From NCBI GenBank assembly GCA_964016885.1, contig OZ024758.1, positions 38,440,001 through 38,504,000 on the forward strand: a stretch of DNA of 64,000 nt. Direction: 5' to 3'. Origin of the DNA: Eledone cirrhosa (lineage: Eukaryota). The notes below the pieces were generated by a model, which did no database searches, had not been told where the DNA came from, and saw nothing but the letters and a program-made list of their open reading frames with translations. Below, piece after piece: positions 44,001-56,272 of the stretch; position 1 is the stretch's first letter; every line of letters starts with the position of its first letter. Both the position numbers and the translations under genes were made by a program.

Positions 44001-46680
44001 GAGAAGTCACTCCACTGTTGGTGAGAATTCATTTAAGTTCATGGTATTAGCTGTCAGAAGTACCTCCACTGTTGGTGAGAATTCATTTAAGTTCATGGTA
44101 TTAGCTGTCAGAAGTAACTCCACTGTTGGTGAGAATTCATTTAAGTTCATGGTATTAGCTGTCAGAAGTAACTCCACTGTTGGTGAGAATTCATTTAAGT
44201 TCATGGTACTAGCTGTCAGAAGTAACTCCACTGTTGGTGAGAATTCATTTAAGTTCATGGTACTAGCTGTCAGAAGTAACTCCACTGTTGGTGAGAATTC
44301 ATTTAAGTTCATGGTACTAGCTGTCAGAAGTAACCCCAATGTTGGTGAGAATTCATTTAAGTTCATGGTATTAGCTGTCAGAAGTCACTCCAATGTTGGT
44401 GAGAATTCATTTAAGTTCATGGTATTAGCTGTGAGAAGTCACTCCACTGTTGGTGAGAATTCATTTAAGTTCATGGTATTAGCTGTCAGAAGTACCTCCA
44501 CTGTTGGTGAGAATTCATTTAAGTTCATGGTATTAGCTGTCAGAAGTAACTCCACTGTTGGTGAGAATTCATTTAAGTTCATGGTACTAGCTGTCAGAAG
44601 TAACTCCAATGTTGGTGAGAATTCATTTAAGTTCATGGTATTAGCTGTCAGAAGGAACTCCACTGTTGGTGAGAATTCATTTAAGTTCATGGTATTAGCT
44701 GTCAGAAGTAACTCCACTGTTGGTGAGAATTCATTTAAGTTCATGGTACTAGTTGTCAGAAGTAACTCCACTGTTGGTGAGAATTCATTTAAGTTCATGT
44801 TACTAGCTGTCAGAAGTAACTCCACTGTTGGTGAGAATTCATTTAAGTTCATGGTATTAGTTTGTCAGAAGTAACTCCACTGTTGGTGAGAATTCATTTA
44901 AGTTCATGGTACTAGCTGTCAGAAGTAACTCCAATGTTGGTGAGAATTCATTTAAGTTCATGGTATTAGCTGTCAGAAGTAACTCCACTGTTGGTGAGAA
45001 TTCATTTAAGTTCATGGTACTAGCTGTCAGAAGTAACTCCAATGTTGGTGAGAATTCATTTAAGTTCATGGTATTAGCTGTCAGAAGTAACTCCACTGTT
45101 GGTGAGAATTCATTTAAGTCATGGTATTAGCTGTCAGAAGTAACTCCAATGTTGGTGAGAATTCATTTAAGTTCATGGTATTAGCTGTCAGAAGTAACTC
45201 CACTGTTGGTGAGAATTCATTTAAGTTCACAGTACTAGCTGTCAGAAGTAACTCCACTGTTGGTGAGAATTCATTTAAGTTCATGGTATCAGTTTGTCAG
45301 AAGTTTACTCCAATGTTGGTGAGAATTCATTTAAGTTCATGGTACTAGCTGTCAGAGGTAACTCCACTGTTGGTGAGAATTCATTTAAGTTCATGGTATT
45401 AGCTGTCAGAAGTAACTCCACTGTTGGTGAGAATTGATTTAAGTTCATGGTACTAGCTGTCAGAAGTAACTCCACTGTTGGTGAGAATTCATTTAAGTTC
45501 ATGGTATTAGCTGTCAGAAGTAACTCCACTGTTGGTGAGAATTGATTTAAGTTCATGGTACTAGCTGTCAGAAGTAACTCCACTGTTGGTGAGAATTCAT
45601 TTAAGTTCATGGTACTAGCTGTCAGAAGTAACTCCACTGATAGTGAGAATTCAGTTAAGTTCATGGTATTAGTTGTCAGAAGTAACTCCACTGTTGGTGA
45701 GAATTCATTTAAGTTCATGGTATTAGTTTGTCAGAAGTAACTCCACTGTTGGTGAGAATTCATTTAAGTCGTGGTATTAGTTGTCAGAAGTTTACTCCAA
45801 TGTTGGTGAGAATTCATTTAAGTTCATGGTACTAGCTGTCAGAAGTAACTCCACTGTTGGTGAGAATTCATTTAAGTTCATGGTATTAGCTGTCAGAAGT
45901 AACTCCACTGTTGGTGAGAATTCATTTAAGTCATGGTATTAGCTGTCAGAAGTAACTCCAATGTTGGTGAGAATTCATTTAAGTCTTGGTACTAGCTGTC
46001 AGAAGTAACTCCAATGTTGGTGAGAATTCAGTTAAGTTCATGGTATTAGCTGTCAGAAGGAACTCCACTGTTGGTGAGAATTCATTTAAGTTCATGGTAT
46101 TAGCTGTCAGAAGTAACTCCACTGTTGGTGAGAATTGATTTAAGTTCATGGTACTAGCTGTCAGAAGTAACTCCACTGTTGGTGAGAATTCATTTAAGTT
46201 CATGGTATTAGCTGTCAGAAGTAACTCCACTGTTGGTGAGAATTGATTTAAGTTCATGGTACTAGCTGTCAGAAGTAACTCCACTGTTGGTGAGAATTCA
46301 TTTAAGTTCATGGTACTAGCTGTCAGAAGTAACTCCACTGTTGGTGAGAATTCATTTAAGTTCACGGTACTAGCTGTCAGAAGTAACTCCACTGTTGGTG
46401 AGAATTCATTTAAGTTCATGGTATTAGTTTGTCAGAAGTAACTCCACTGTTGGTGAGAATTCATTTAAGTCGTGGTATTAGTTGTCAGAAGTTTACTCCA
46501 ATGTTGGTGAGAATTCATTTAAGTTCATGGTACTAGCTGTCAGAAGTAACTCCACTGTTGGTGAGAATTCATTTAAGTTCATGGTATTAGCTGTCAGAAG
46601 TAACTCCACTGTTGGTGAGAATTCATTTAAGTCATGGTATTAGCTGTCAGAAGTAACTCCAATGTTGGTGAGAATTCATT
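21180..46680 (+). repeat. About 6.7-kb higher-order unit present in several full or partial copies, interrupted at about 30290-37230
   Basis: Landmark offsets are 21611/28300, 22636/29325 and 23284/29973 = 6689; 38324/45121 and 39182/45979 = 6797 (6689 + 2 monomers); 26195/38324, 27761/39890, 28300/40429 and 29973/42102 = 12129. Confidence 0.8.
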
Positions 46681-47500
46681 TAAGTCTTGGTACTAGCTGT
46701 CAGAAGTAACTCCAATGTTGGTGAGAATTCAGTTAAGTTCATGGTATTAGCTGTCAGAAGGAACTCCACTGTTGGTGAGAATTCATTTAAGTTCATGGTA
46801 TTAGCTGTCAGAAGTAACTCCACTGTTGGTGAGAATTGATTTAAGTTCATGGTACTAGCTGTCAGAAGTAACTCCACTGTTGGTGAGAATTCATTTAAGT
46901 TCATGGTATTAGCTGTCAGAAGTAACTCCACTGTTGGTGAGAATTGATTTAAGTTCATGGTACTAGCTGTCAGAAGTAACTCCACTGTTGGTGAGAATTC
47001 ATTTAAGTTCATGGTACTAGCTGTCAGAAGTAACTCCACTGTTGGTGAGAATTCATTTAAGTTCACGGTACTAGCTGTCAGAAGTAACTCCACTGTTGGT
47101 GAGAATTCATTTAAGTTCATGGTATTAGTTTGTCAGAAGTAACTCCACTGTTGGTGAGAATTCATTTAAGTCGTGGTATTAGTTGTCAGAAGTTTACTCC
47201 AATGTTGGTGAGAATTCATTTAAGTTCATGGTACTAGCTGTCAGAAGTAACTCCACTGTTGGTGAGAATTCATTTAAGTTCATGGTATTAGCTGTCAGAA
47301 GTAACTCCACTGTTGGTGAGAATTCATTTAAGTCATGGTATTAGCTGTCAGAAGTAACTCCAATGTTGGTGAGAATTCATTTAAGTCTTGGTACTAGCTG
47401 TCAGAAGTAACTCCAATGTTGGTGAGAATTCAGTTAAGTTCATGGTATTAGCTGTCAGAAGGAACTCCACTGTTGGTGAGAATTCATTTAAGTTCATGGT
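45720..47500 (+). repeat. Local higher-order repeat, 701-bp period (13 monomers), about 2.5 copies
   Basis: ORF landmarks 45979/46680/47381 and 46256/46957 differ by 701. The variant series gtcgtgg-gtttactcc, gtcttgg, gaattgatt and ttcacgg recurs. Confidence 0.85.
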
Positions 47501-50500
47501 ATTAGCTGTCAGAAGTAACTCCACTGTTGGTGAGAATTCATTTAAGTTCATGGTACTAGCTGTCAGAAGTAACTCCACTGTTGGTGAGAATTCATTTAAG
47601 TTCATGGTACTAGCCGTCAGAAGTAACTCCACTGTTGGTGAGAATTCAGTTAAGTTCATGGTATTAGTTGTCAGAAGTAACTCCACTGTTGGTGAGAATT
47701 CATTTAAATCATGGTATTAGTTGTCAGAAGTAACTCCAATGTTGGTGAGAATTCATTTAAGTTCATGGTACTAGCTGTCAGAAGTAACTCCACTGTTGGT
47801 GAGAATTCATTTAAGTTCATGGTATTAGCTGTCAGAAGTAACTCCACTGTTGGTGAGAATTCATTTAAGTCATGGTATTAGCTGTCAGAAGTAACTCCAT
47901 TGTTGGTGAGAATTCATTTAAGTCATGGTACTAGCTGTCAGAAGTAACTCCACTGTTGGTGAGAATTCATTTAAGTTCATGGTATTAGCTGTCAGAAGGA
48001 ACTCCACTGTTGGTAAGAATTCATTTAAGTTCATGGTATTAGCTGTCAGAAGTAACTCCACTGTTGGTGAGAATTCATTTAAGTTCATGGTACTAGCTGT
48101 CAGAAGTAACTCCACTGTTGGTGAGAATTCATTTAAGTTCATGGTACTAGCTGTCAGAAGTAACTCCACTGTTGGTGAGAATTCATTTAAGTTCATGGTA
48201 CTAGCTGTCAGAAGTAACCCCAATGTTGGTGAGAATTCATTTAAGTTCATGGTATTAGCTGTCAGAAGTCACTCCAATGTTGGTGAGAATTCATTTAAGT
48301 TCATGGTATTAGCTGTGAGAAGTCACTCCACTGTTGGTGAGAATTCATTTAAGTTCATGGTATTAGCTGTCAGAAGTACCTCCACTGTTGGTGAGAATTC
48401 ATTTAAGTTCATGGTATTAGCTGTCAGAAGTAACTCCACTGTTGGTGAGAATTCATTTAAGTTCATGGTATTAGCTGTCAGAAGGAACTCCAATGTTGGT
48501 GAGAATTCATTTAAGTCATGGTACTAGCTGTCAGAAGTAACTCCACTGTTGGTGAGAATTCATTTAAGTTCATGGTATTAGCTGTCAGAAGGAACGCCAC
48601 TGTTGGTGAGAATTCATTTAAGTTCATGGTATTAGCTGTCAGAAGTAACTCCACTGTTGGTGAGAATTCATTTAAGTTCATGGTACTAGCTGTCAGAAGT
48701 AACTCCAATGTTGGTGAGAATTCATTTAAGTTCATGGTATTAGCTGTCAGAAGGAACTCCACTGTTGGTGAGAATTCATTTAAGTTCATGGTATTAGCTG
48801 TCAGAAGTAACTCCACTGTTGGTGAGAATTCATTTAAGTTCATGGTACTAGTTGTCAGAAGTAACTCCACTGTTGGTGAGAATTCATTTAAGTTCATGGT
48901 ATTAGTTGTCAGAAGTAACTCCACTGTTGGTGAGAATTCATTTAAGTCATGGTATTAGTTGTCAGAAGTAACTCCAATGTTGGTGAGAATTCATTTAAGT
49001 TCATGGTACTAGCTGTCAGAAGTAACTCCACTGTTGGTGAGAATTCATTTAAGTTCATTGTATTAGCTGTCAGAAGTAACTCCACTGTTGGTGAGAATTC
49101 ATTTAAGTCATGGTATTAGCTGTCAGAAGTAACTCCATTGTTGGTGAGAATTCATTTAAGTCATGGTACTAGCTGTCAGAAGTAACTCCACTGTTGGTGA
49201 GAATTCATTTAAGTTCATGGTATTAGCTGTCAGAAGGAACTCCACTGTTGGTGAGAATTCATTTAAGTTCATGGTACTAGCTGTCAGAAGTAACTCCACT
49301 GTTGGTGAGAATTCATTTAAGTTCATGGTATTAGTTTGTCAGAAGTAACTCCACTGTTGGTGAGAATTCATTTAAGTCATGGTATTAGTTGTCAGAAGTA
49401 ACTCCAATGTTGGTGAGAATTCATTTAAGTCATGGTACTAGCTGTCAGAAGTAACTCCAATGTTGGTGAGAATTCATTTAAGTTCATGGTATTAGCTGTC
49501 AGAAGGAACTCCACTGTTGGTGAGAATTCATTTAAGTTCATGGTATTAGCTGTCAGAAGTAACTCCACTGTTGGTGAGAATTCATTTAAGTTCATGGTAT
49601 TAGCTGTCAGAAGTAACTCCACTGTTGGTGAGAATTCATTTAAGTTCATGGTACTAGCTGTCAGAAGTAACTCCACTGTTGGTGAGAATTCATTTAAGTT
49701 CATGGTTCTAGCTGTCAGAATTAACTCCACTGTTGGTGAGAATTCATTTAAGTTCATGGTACTAGCTGTCAGAAGTAACTCCAATGTTGGTAAGAATTCA
49801 TTTAAGTTCATGATATTAGCTGTCAGAAGTAACTCCATTGTTGGTGAGAATTCATTTAAGTTCACGGTACTAGCTGTCAGAAGTAACTCCACTGTTGGTG
49901 AGAATTCATTTAAGTTCATGGTATTAGTTTGTCAGAAGTAACTCCACTGTTGGTGAGAATTCATTTAAGTCGTGGTATTAGTTGTCAGAAGTTTACTCCA
50001 ATGTTGGTGAGAATTCATTTAAGTTCATGGTACTAGCTGTCAGAAGTAACTCCACTGTTGGTGAGAATTCATTTAAGTTCATGGTATTAGCTGTCAGAAG
50101 TAACTCCACTGTTGGTGAGAATTCATTTAAGTCATGGTATTAGCTGTCAGAAGTAACTCCAATGTTGGTGAGAATTCATTTAAGTCTTGGTACTAGCTGT
50201 CAGAAGTAACTCCAATGTTGGTGAGAATTCAGTTAAGTTCATGGTATTAGCTGTCAGAAGGAACTCCACTGTTGGTGAGAATTCATTTAAGTTCATGGTA
50301 TTAGCTGTCAGAAGTAACTCCACTGTTGGTGAGAATTCATTTAAGTTCATGGTACTAGCTGTCAGAAGTAACTCCACTGTTGGTGAGAATTCATTTAAGT
50401 TCATGGTACTAGCCGTCAGAAGTAACTCCACTGTTGGTGAGAATTCAGTTAAGTTCATGGTATTAGTTGTCAGAAGTAACTCCACTGTTGGTGAGAATTC

Positions 50501-52660
50501 ATTTAAATCATGGTATTAGTTGTCAGAAGTAACTCCAATGTTGGTGAGAATTCATTTAAGTTCATGGTACTAGCTGTCAGAAGTAACTCCACTGTTGGTG
50601 AGAATTCATTTAAGTTCATGGTATTAGCTGTCAGAAGTAACTCCACTGTTGGTGAGAATTCATTTAAGTCATGGTATTAGCTGTCAGAAGTAACTCCATT
50701 GTTGGTGAGAATTCATTTAAGTCATGGTACTAGCTGTCAGAAGTAACTCCACTGTTGGTGAGAATTCATTTAAGTTCATGGTATTAGCTGTCAGAAGGAA
50801 CTCCACTGTTGGTAAGAATTCATTTAAGTTCATGGTATTAGCTGTCAGAAGTAACTCCACTGTTGGTGAGAATTCATTTAAGTTCATGGTACTAGCTGTC
50901 AGAAGTAACTCCACTGTTGGTGAGAATTCATTTAAGTTCATGGTACTAGCTGTCAGAAGTAACTCCACTGTTGGTGAGAATTCATTTAAGTTCATGGTAC
51001 TAGCTGTCAGAAGTAACCCCAATGTTGGTGAGAATTCATTTAAGTTCATGGTATTAGCTGTCAGAAGTCACTCCAATGTTGGTGAGAATTCATTTAAGTT
51101 CATGGTATTAGCTGTGAGAAGTCACTCCACTGTTGGTGAGAATTCATTTAAGTTCATGGTATTAGCTGTCAGAAGTACCTCCACTGTTGGTGAGAATTCA
51201 TTTAAGTTCATGGTATTAGCTGTCAGAAGTAACTCCACTGTTGGTGAGAATTCATTTAAGTTCATGGTATTAGCTGTCAGAAGGAACTCCAATGTTGGTG
51301 AGAATTCATTTAAGTCATGGTACTAGCTGTCAGAAGTAACTCCACTGTTGGTGAGAATTCATTTAAGTTCATGGTATTAGCTGTCAGAAGGAACGCCACT
51401 GTTGGTGAGAATTCATTTAAGTTCATGGTATTAGCTGTCAGAAGTAACTCCACTGTTGGTGAGAATTCATTTAAGTTCATGGTACTAGCTGTCAGAAGTA
51501 ACTCCAATGTTGGTGAGAATTCATTTAAGTTCATGGTATTAGCTGTCAGAAGGAACTCCACTGTTGGTGAGAATTCATTTAAGTTCATGGTATTAGCTGT
51601 CAGAAGTAACTCCACTGTTGGTGAGAATTCATTTAAGTTCATGGTACTAGTTGTCAGAAGTAACTCCACTGTTGGTGAGAATTCATTTAAGTTCATGGTA
51701 TTAGTTGTCAGAAGTAACTCCACTGTTGGTGAGAATTCATTTAAGTCATGGTATTAGTTGTCAGAAGTAACTCCAATGTTGGTGAGAATTCATTTAAGTT
51801 CATGGTACTAGCTGTCAGAAGTAACTCCACTGTTGGTGAGAATTCATTTAAGTTCATTGTATTAGCTGTCAGAAGTAACTCCACTGTTGGTGAGAATTCA
51901 TTTAAGTCATGGTATTAGCTGTCAGAAGTAACTCCATTGTTGGTGAGAATTCATTTAAGTCATGGTACTAGCTGTCAGAAGTAACTCCACTGTTGGTGAG
52001 AATTCATTTAAGTTCATGGTATTAGCTGTCAGAAGGAACTCCACTGTTGGTGAGAATTCATTTAAGTTCATGGTACTAGCTGTCAGAAGTAACTCCACTG
52101 TTGGTGAGAATTCATTTAAGTTCATGGTATTAGTTTGTCAGAAGTAACTCCACTGTTGGTGAGAATTCATTTAAGTCATGGTATTAGTTGTCAGAAGTAA
52201 CTCCAATGTTGGTGAGAATTCATTTAAGTCATGGTACTAGCTGTCAGAAGTAACTCCAATGTTGGTGAGAATTCATTTAAGTTCATGGTATTAGCTGTCA
52301 GAAGGAACTCCACTGTTGGTGAGAATTCATTTAAGTTCATGGTATTAGCTGTCAGAAGTAACTCCACTGTTGGTGAGAATTCATTTAAGTTCATGGTATT
52401 AGCTGTCAGAAGTAACTCCACTGTTGGTGAGAATTCATTTAAGTTCATGGTACTAGCTGTCAGAAGTAACTCCACTGTTGGTGAGAATTCATTTAAGTTC
52501 ATGGTTCTAGCTGTCAGAATTAACTCCACTGTTGGTGAGAATTCATTTAAGTTCATGGTACTAGCTGTCAGAAGTAACTCCAATGTTGGTAAGAATTCAT
52601 TTAAGTTCATGATATTAGCTGTCAGAAGTAACTCCATTGTTGGTGAGAATTCATTTAAGT
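47040..52660 (+). repeat. Tandem duplication, 2799-bp period (about 52 monomers), 2 copies
   Basis: ORF landmarks 47388/50187, 47925/50724, 48518/51317, 49163/51962 and 49432/52231 differ by 2799. Rare variants ttcattgtatt and ggttctag are shared. Confidence 0.9.
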
Positions 52661-55600
52661 TCATGGTACTAGCTGTCAGAAGTAACTCCACTGTTGGTGA
52701 GAATTCATTTAAGTTTATGGTACTAGCTGTCAGAAGTAACCCCAATGTTGGTGAGAATTCATTTAAGTTCATGGTATTAGCTGTCAGAAGTCACTCCAAT
52801 GTTGGTGAGAATTCATTTAAGTTCATGGTATTAGCTGTCAGAAGTCACTCCACTGTTGGTGAGAATTCATTTAAGTTCATGGTACTAGCTGTCAGAAGTA
52901 ACCCCAATGTTGCTGAGAATTCATTTAAGTTCATGGTATTAGCTGTCAGAAGTCACTCCAATGTTGGTGAGAATTCATTTAAGTTCATGGTATTAGCTGT
53001 CAGAAGTAACTCCACTGTTGGTGAGAATTCATTTAAGTTCATGGTATTAGCTGTCAGAAGTAACTCCACTGTTGGTGAGAATTCATTTATGTTCATGGTA
53101 TTAGCTGTCAGAAGTAACTCCACTGTTGGTGAGAATTCATTTAAGTTCATGGTATTACCTGTCAGAAGGAACTCCAATGTTGGTGAGAATTCATTTAAGT
53201 CATGGTACTAGCTGTCAGAAGTAACTCCACTGTTGGTGAGAATTCATTTAAGTTCATGGTATTAGCTGTCAGAAGGAACGCCACTGTTGGTGAGAATTCA
53301 TTTAAGTTCATGGTATTAGCTGTCAGAAGTAACTCCACTGTTGGTGAGAATTCATTTAAGTTCATGGTACTAGCTGTCAGAAGTAACTCCAATGTTGGTG
53401 AGAATTCATTTAAGTTCATGGTATTAGCTGTCAGAAGGAACTCCACTGTTGGTGAGAATTCATTTAAGTCTTGGTATTAGTTGTCAGAAGTAACTCCAAT
53501 GTTGGTGAGAATTCATTTAAGTTCATGGTACTAGCTGTCAGAAGTAACTCCACTGTTGGTGAGATTTCATTTAAGTTCATGGTACTAGCTGTCAAAAGTA
53601 ACTCCAATGTTGGTGAGAATTCATTTAAGTTCATGGTATTAGCTGTCAGAAGTAACTCCACTGTTGGTGAGAATTCATTTAAGTTCATGGTACTAGCTGT
53701 CAGAAGTAACTCCACTGTTGGTGAGAATTCAGTTAAGTTCATGGTATTAGTTGTCAGAAGTAACTCCACTGTTGGTGAGAATTCATTTAAATCATGGTAT
53801 TAGTTGTCAGAAGTAACTCCAATGTTGGTGAGAATTCATTTAATTTCATGGTACTAGCTGTCAGAAGTAACTCCACTGTTGGTGAGAAATCATTTAAGTC
53901 ATGGTATTAGTTGTCAGAAGTAACTCCAATGTTGGTGAGAATTCATTTAAGTTCATGGTACTAGCTGTCAGAAGTAACTCCACTGTTGGTGAGAATTCAT
54001 TTAAGTTCATGGTATTAGCTGTCAGAAGTAACTCCACTGTTGGTGAGAATTCATTTAAGTCATGGTATTAGTTGTCAGAAGTAACTCCAATGTTGGTGAG
54101 AATTCATTTAAGTTCATGGTACTAGCTGTCAGAAGTAACTCCACTGTTGGTGAGAATTCATTTAAGTTCATGGTATTAGCTGTCAGAAGTAACTCCACTT
54201 TTGGTGAGAATTCATTTAAGTCATGGTATTAGCTGTCAGAAGTAACTCCAATGTTGGTGAGAATTCATTTAAGTCTTGGTACTAGCTGTCAGAAGTAACT
54301 CCAATGTTGGTGAGAATTCAGTTAAGTTCATGGTATTAGCTGTCAGAAGGAACTCCACTGTTGGTGAGAATTCATTTAAGTTCATGGTATTAGCTGTCAG
54401 AAGTAACTTCACTGTTGGTGAGAATTCATTTAAGTTCATGGTACTAGCTGTCAGAAGTAACTCCACTGTTGGTGAGAATTCATTTAAGTTCATGGTACTA
54501 GCCGTCAGAAGTAACTCCACTGTTGGTGAGAATTCAGTTAAGTCCATGGTATTAGTTGTCAGAAGTAACTCCACTGTTGGTGAGAATTCATTTAAGTCAT
54601 GGTATTAGTTGTCAGAAGTAACTCCAATGTTGGTGAGAATTCATTTAAGTCATGGTACTAGCTGTCAGAAGTAACTCCAATGTTGGTGAGAATTCATTTA
54701 AGTTCATGGTATTAGCTGTCAGAAGGAACTCCACTGTTGGTGAGAATTCATTTAAGTTCATGGTATTAGCTGTCAGAAGTAACTCCACTGTTGGTGAGAA
54801 TTCATTTAAGTTCATGGTATTAGCTGTCAGAAGTAACTCCACTGTTGGTGAGAATTCATTTAAGTTCATGGTACTAGCTGTCAGAAGTAACTCCACTGTT
54901 GGTGAGAATTCATTTAAGTTCATGGTTCTAGCTGTCAGAATTAACTCCACTGTTGGTGAGAATTCATTTAAGTTCATGGTACTAGCTGTCAGAAGTAACT
55001 CCAATGTTGGTAAGAATTCATTTAAGTTCATGATATTAGCTGTCAGAAGTAACTCCATTGTTGGTGAGAATTCATTTAAGTTCATGGTACTAGCTGTCAG
55101 AAGTAACTCCACTGTTGGTGAGAATTCATTTAAGTTTATGGTACTAGCTGTCAGAAGTAACCCCAATGTTGGTGAGAATTCATTTAAGTTCATGGTATTA
55201 GCTGTCAGAAGTCACTCCAATGTTGGTGAGAATTCATTTAAGTTCATGGTATTAGCTGTCAGAAGTCACTCCACTGTTGGTGAGAATTCATTTAAGTTTA
55301 TGGTACTAGCTGTCAGAAGTAACCCCAATGTTGCTGAGAATTCATTTAAGTTCATGGTATTAGCTGTCAGAAGTCACTCCAATGTTGGTGAGAATTCATT
55401 TAAGTTCATGGTATTAGCTGTCAGAAGTAACTCCACTGTTGGTGAGAATTCATTTAAGTTCATGGTATTAGCTGTCAGAAGTAACTCCACTGTTGGTGAG
55501 AATTCATTTATGTTCATGGTATTAGCTGTCAGAAGTAACTCCACTGTTGGTGAGAATTCATTTAAGTTCATGGTATTACCTGTCAGAAGGAACTCCAATG

Positions 55601-56272
55601 TTGGTGAGAATTCATTTAAGTCATGGTACTAGCTGTCAGAAGTAACTCCACTGTTGGTGAGAATTCATTTAAGTTCATGGTATTAGCTGTCAGAAGGAAC
55701 GCCACTGTTGGTGAGAATTCATTTAAGTTCATGGTATTAGCTGTCAGAAGTAACTCCACTGTTGGTGAGAATTCATTTAAGTTCATGGTACTAGCTGTCA
55801 GAAGTAACTCCAATGTTGGTGAGAATTCATTTAAGTTCATGGTATTAGCTGTCAGAAGGAACTCCACTGTTGGTGAGAATTCATTTAAGTCTTGGTATTA
55901 GTTGTCAGAAGTAACTCCAATGTTGGTGAGAATTCATTTAAGTTCATGGTACTAGCTGTCAGAAGTAACTCCACTGTTGGTGAGATTTCATTTAAGTTCA
56001 TGGTACTAGCTGTCAAAAGTAACTCCAATGTTGGTGAGAATTCATTTAAGTTCATGGTATTAGCTGTCAGAAGTAACTCCACTGTTGGTGAGAATTCATT
56101 TAAGTTCATGGTACTAGCTGTCAGAAGTAACTCCACTGTTGGTGAGAATTCAGTTAAGTTCATGGTATTAGTTGTCAGAAGTAACTCCACTGTTGGTGAG
56201 AATTCATTTAAATCATGGTATTAGTTGTCAGAAGTAACTCCAATGTTGGTGAGAATTCATTTAATTTCATGG
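52135..56272 (+). repeat. Tandem duplication, 2421-bp period (about 45 monomers), about 1.7 copies
   Basis: ORF landmarks 52231/54652, 53202/55623 and 53471/55892 differ by 2421. Rare variants catttatgttc, ttacctgtc, gagatttc and gtcaaaag are shared. Confidence 0.9.
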
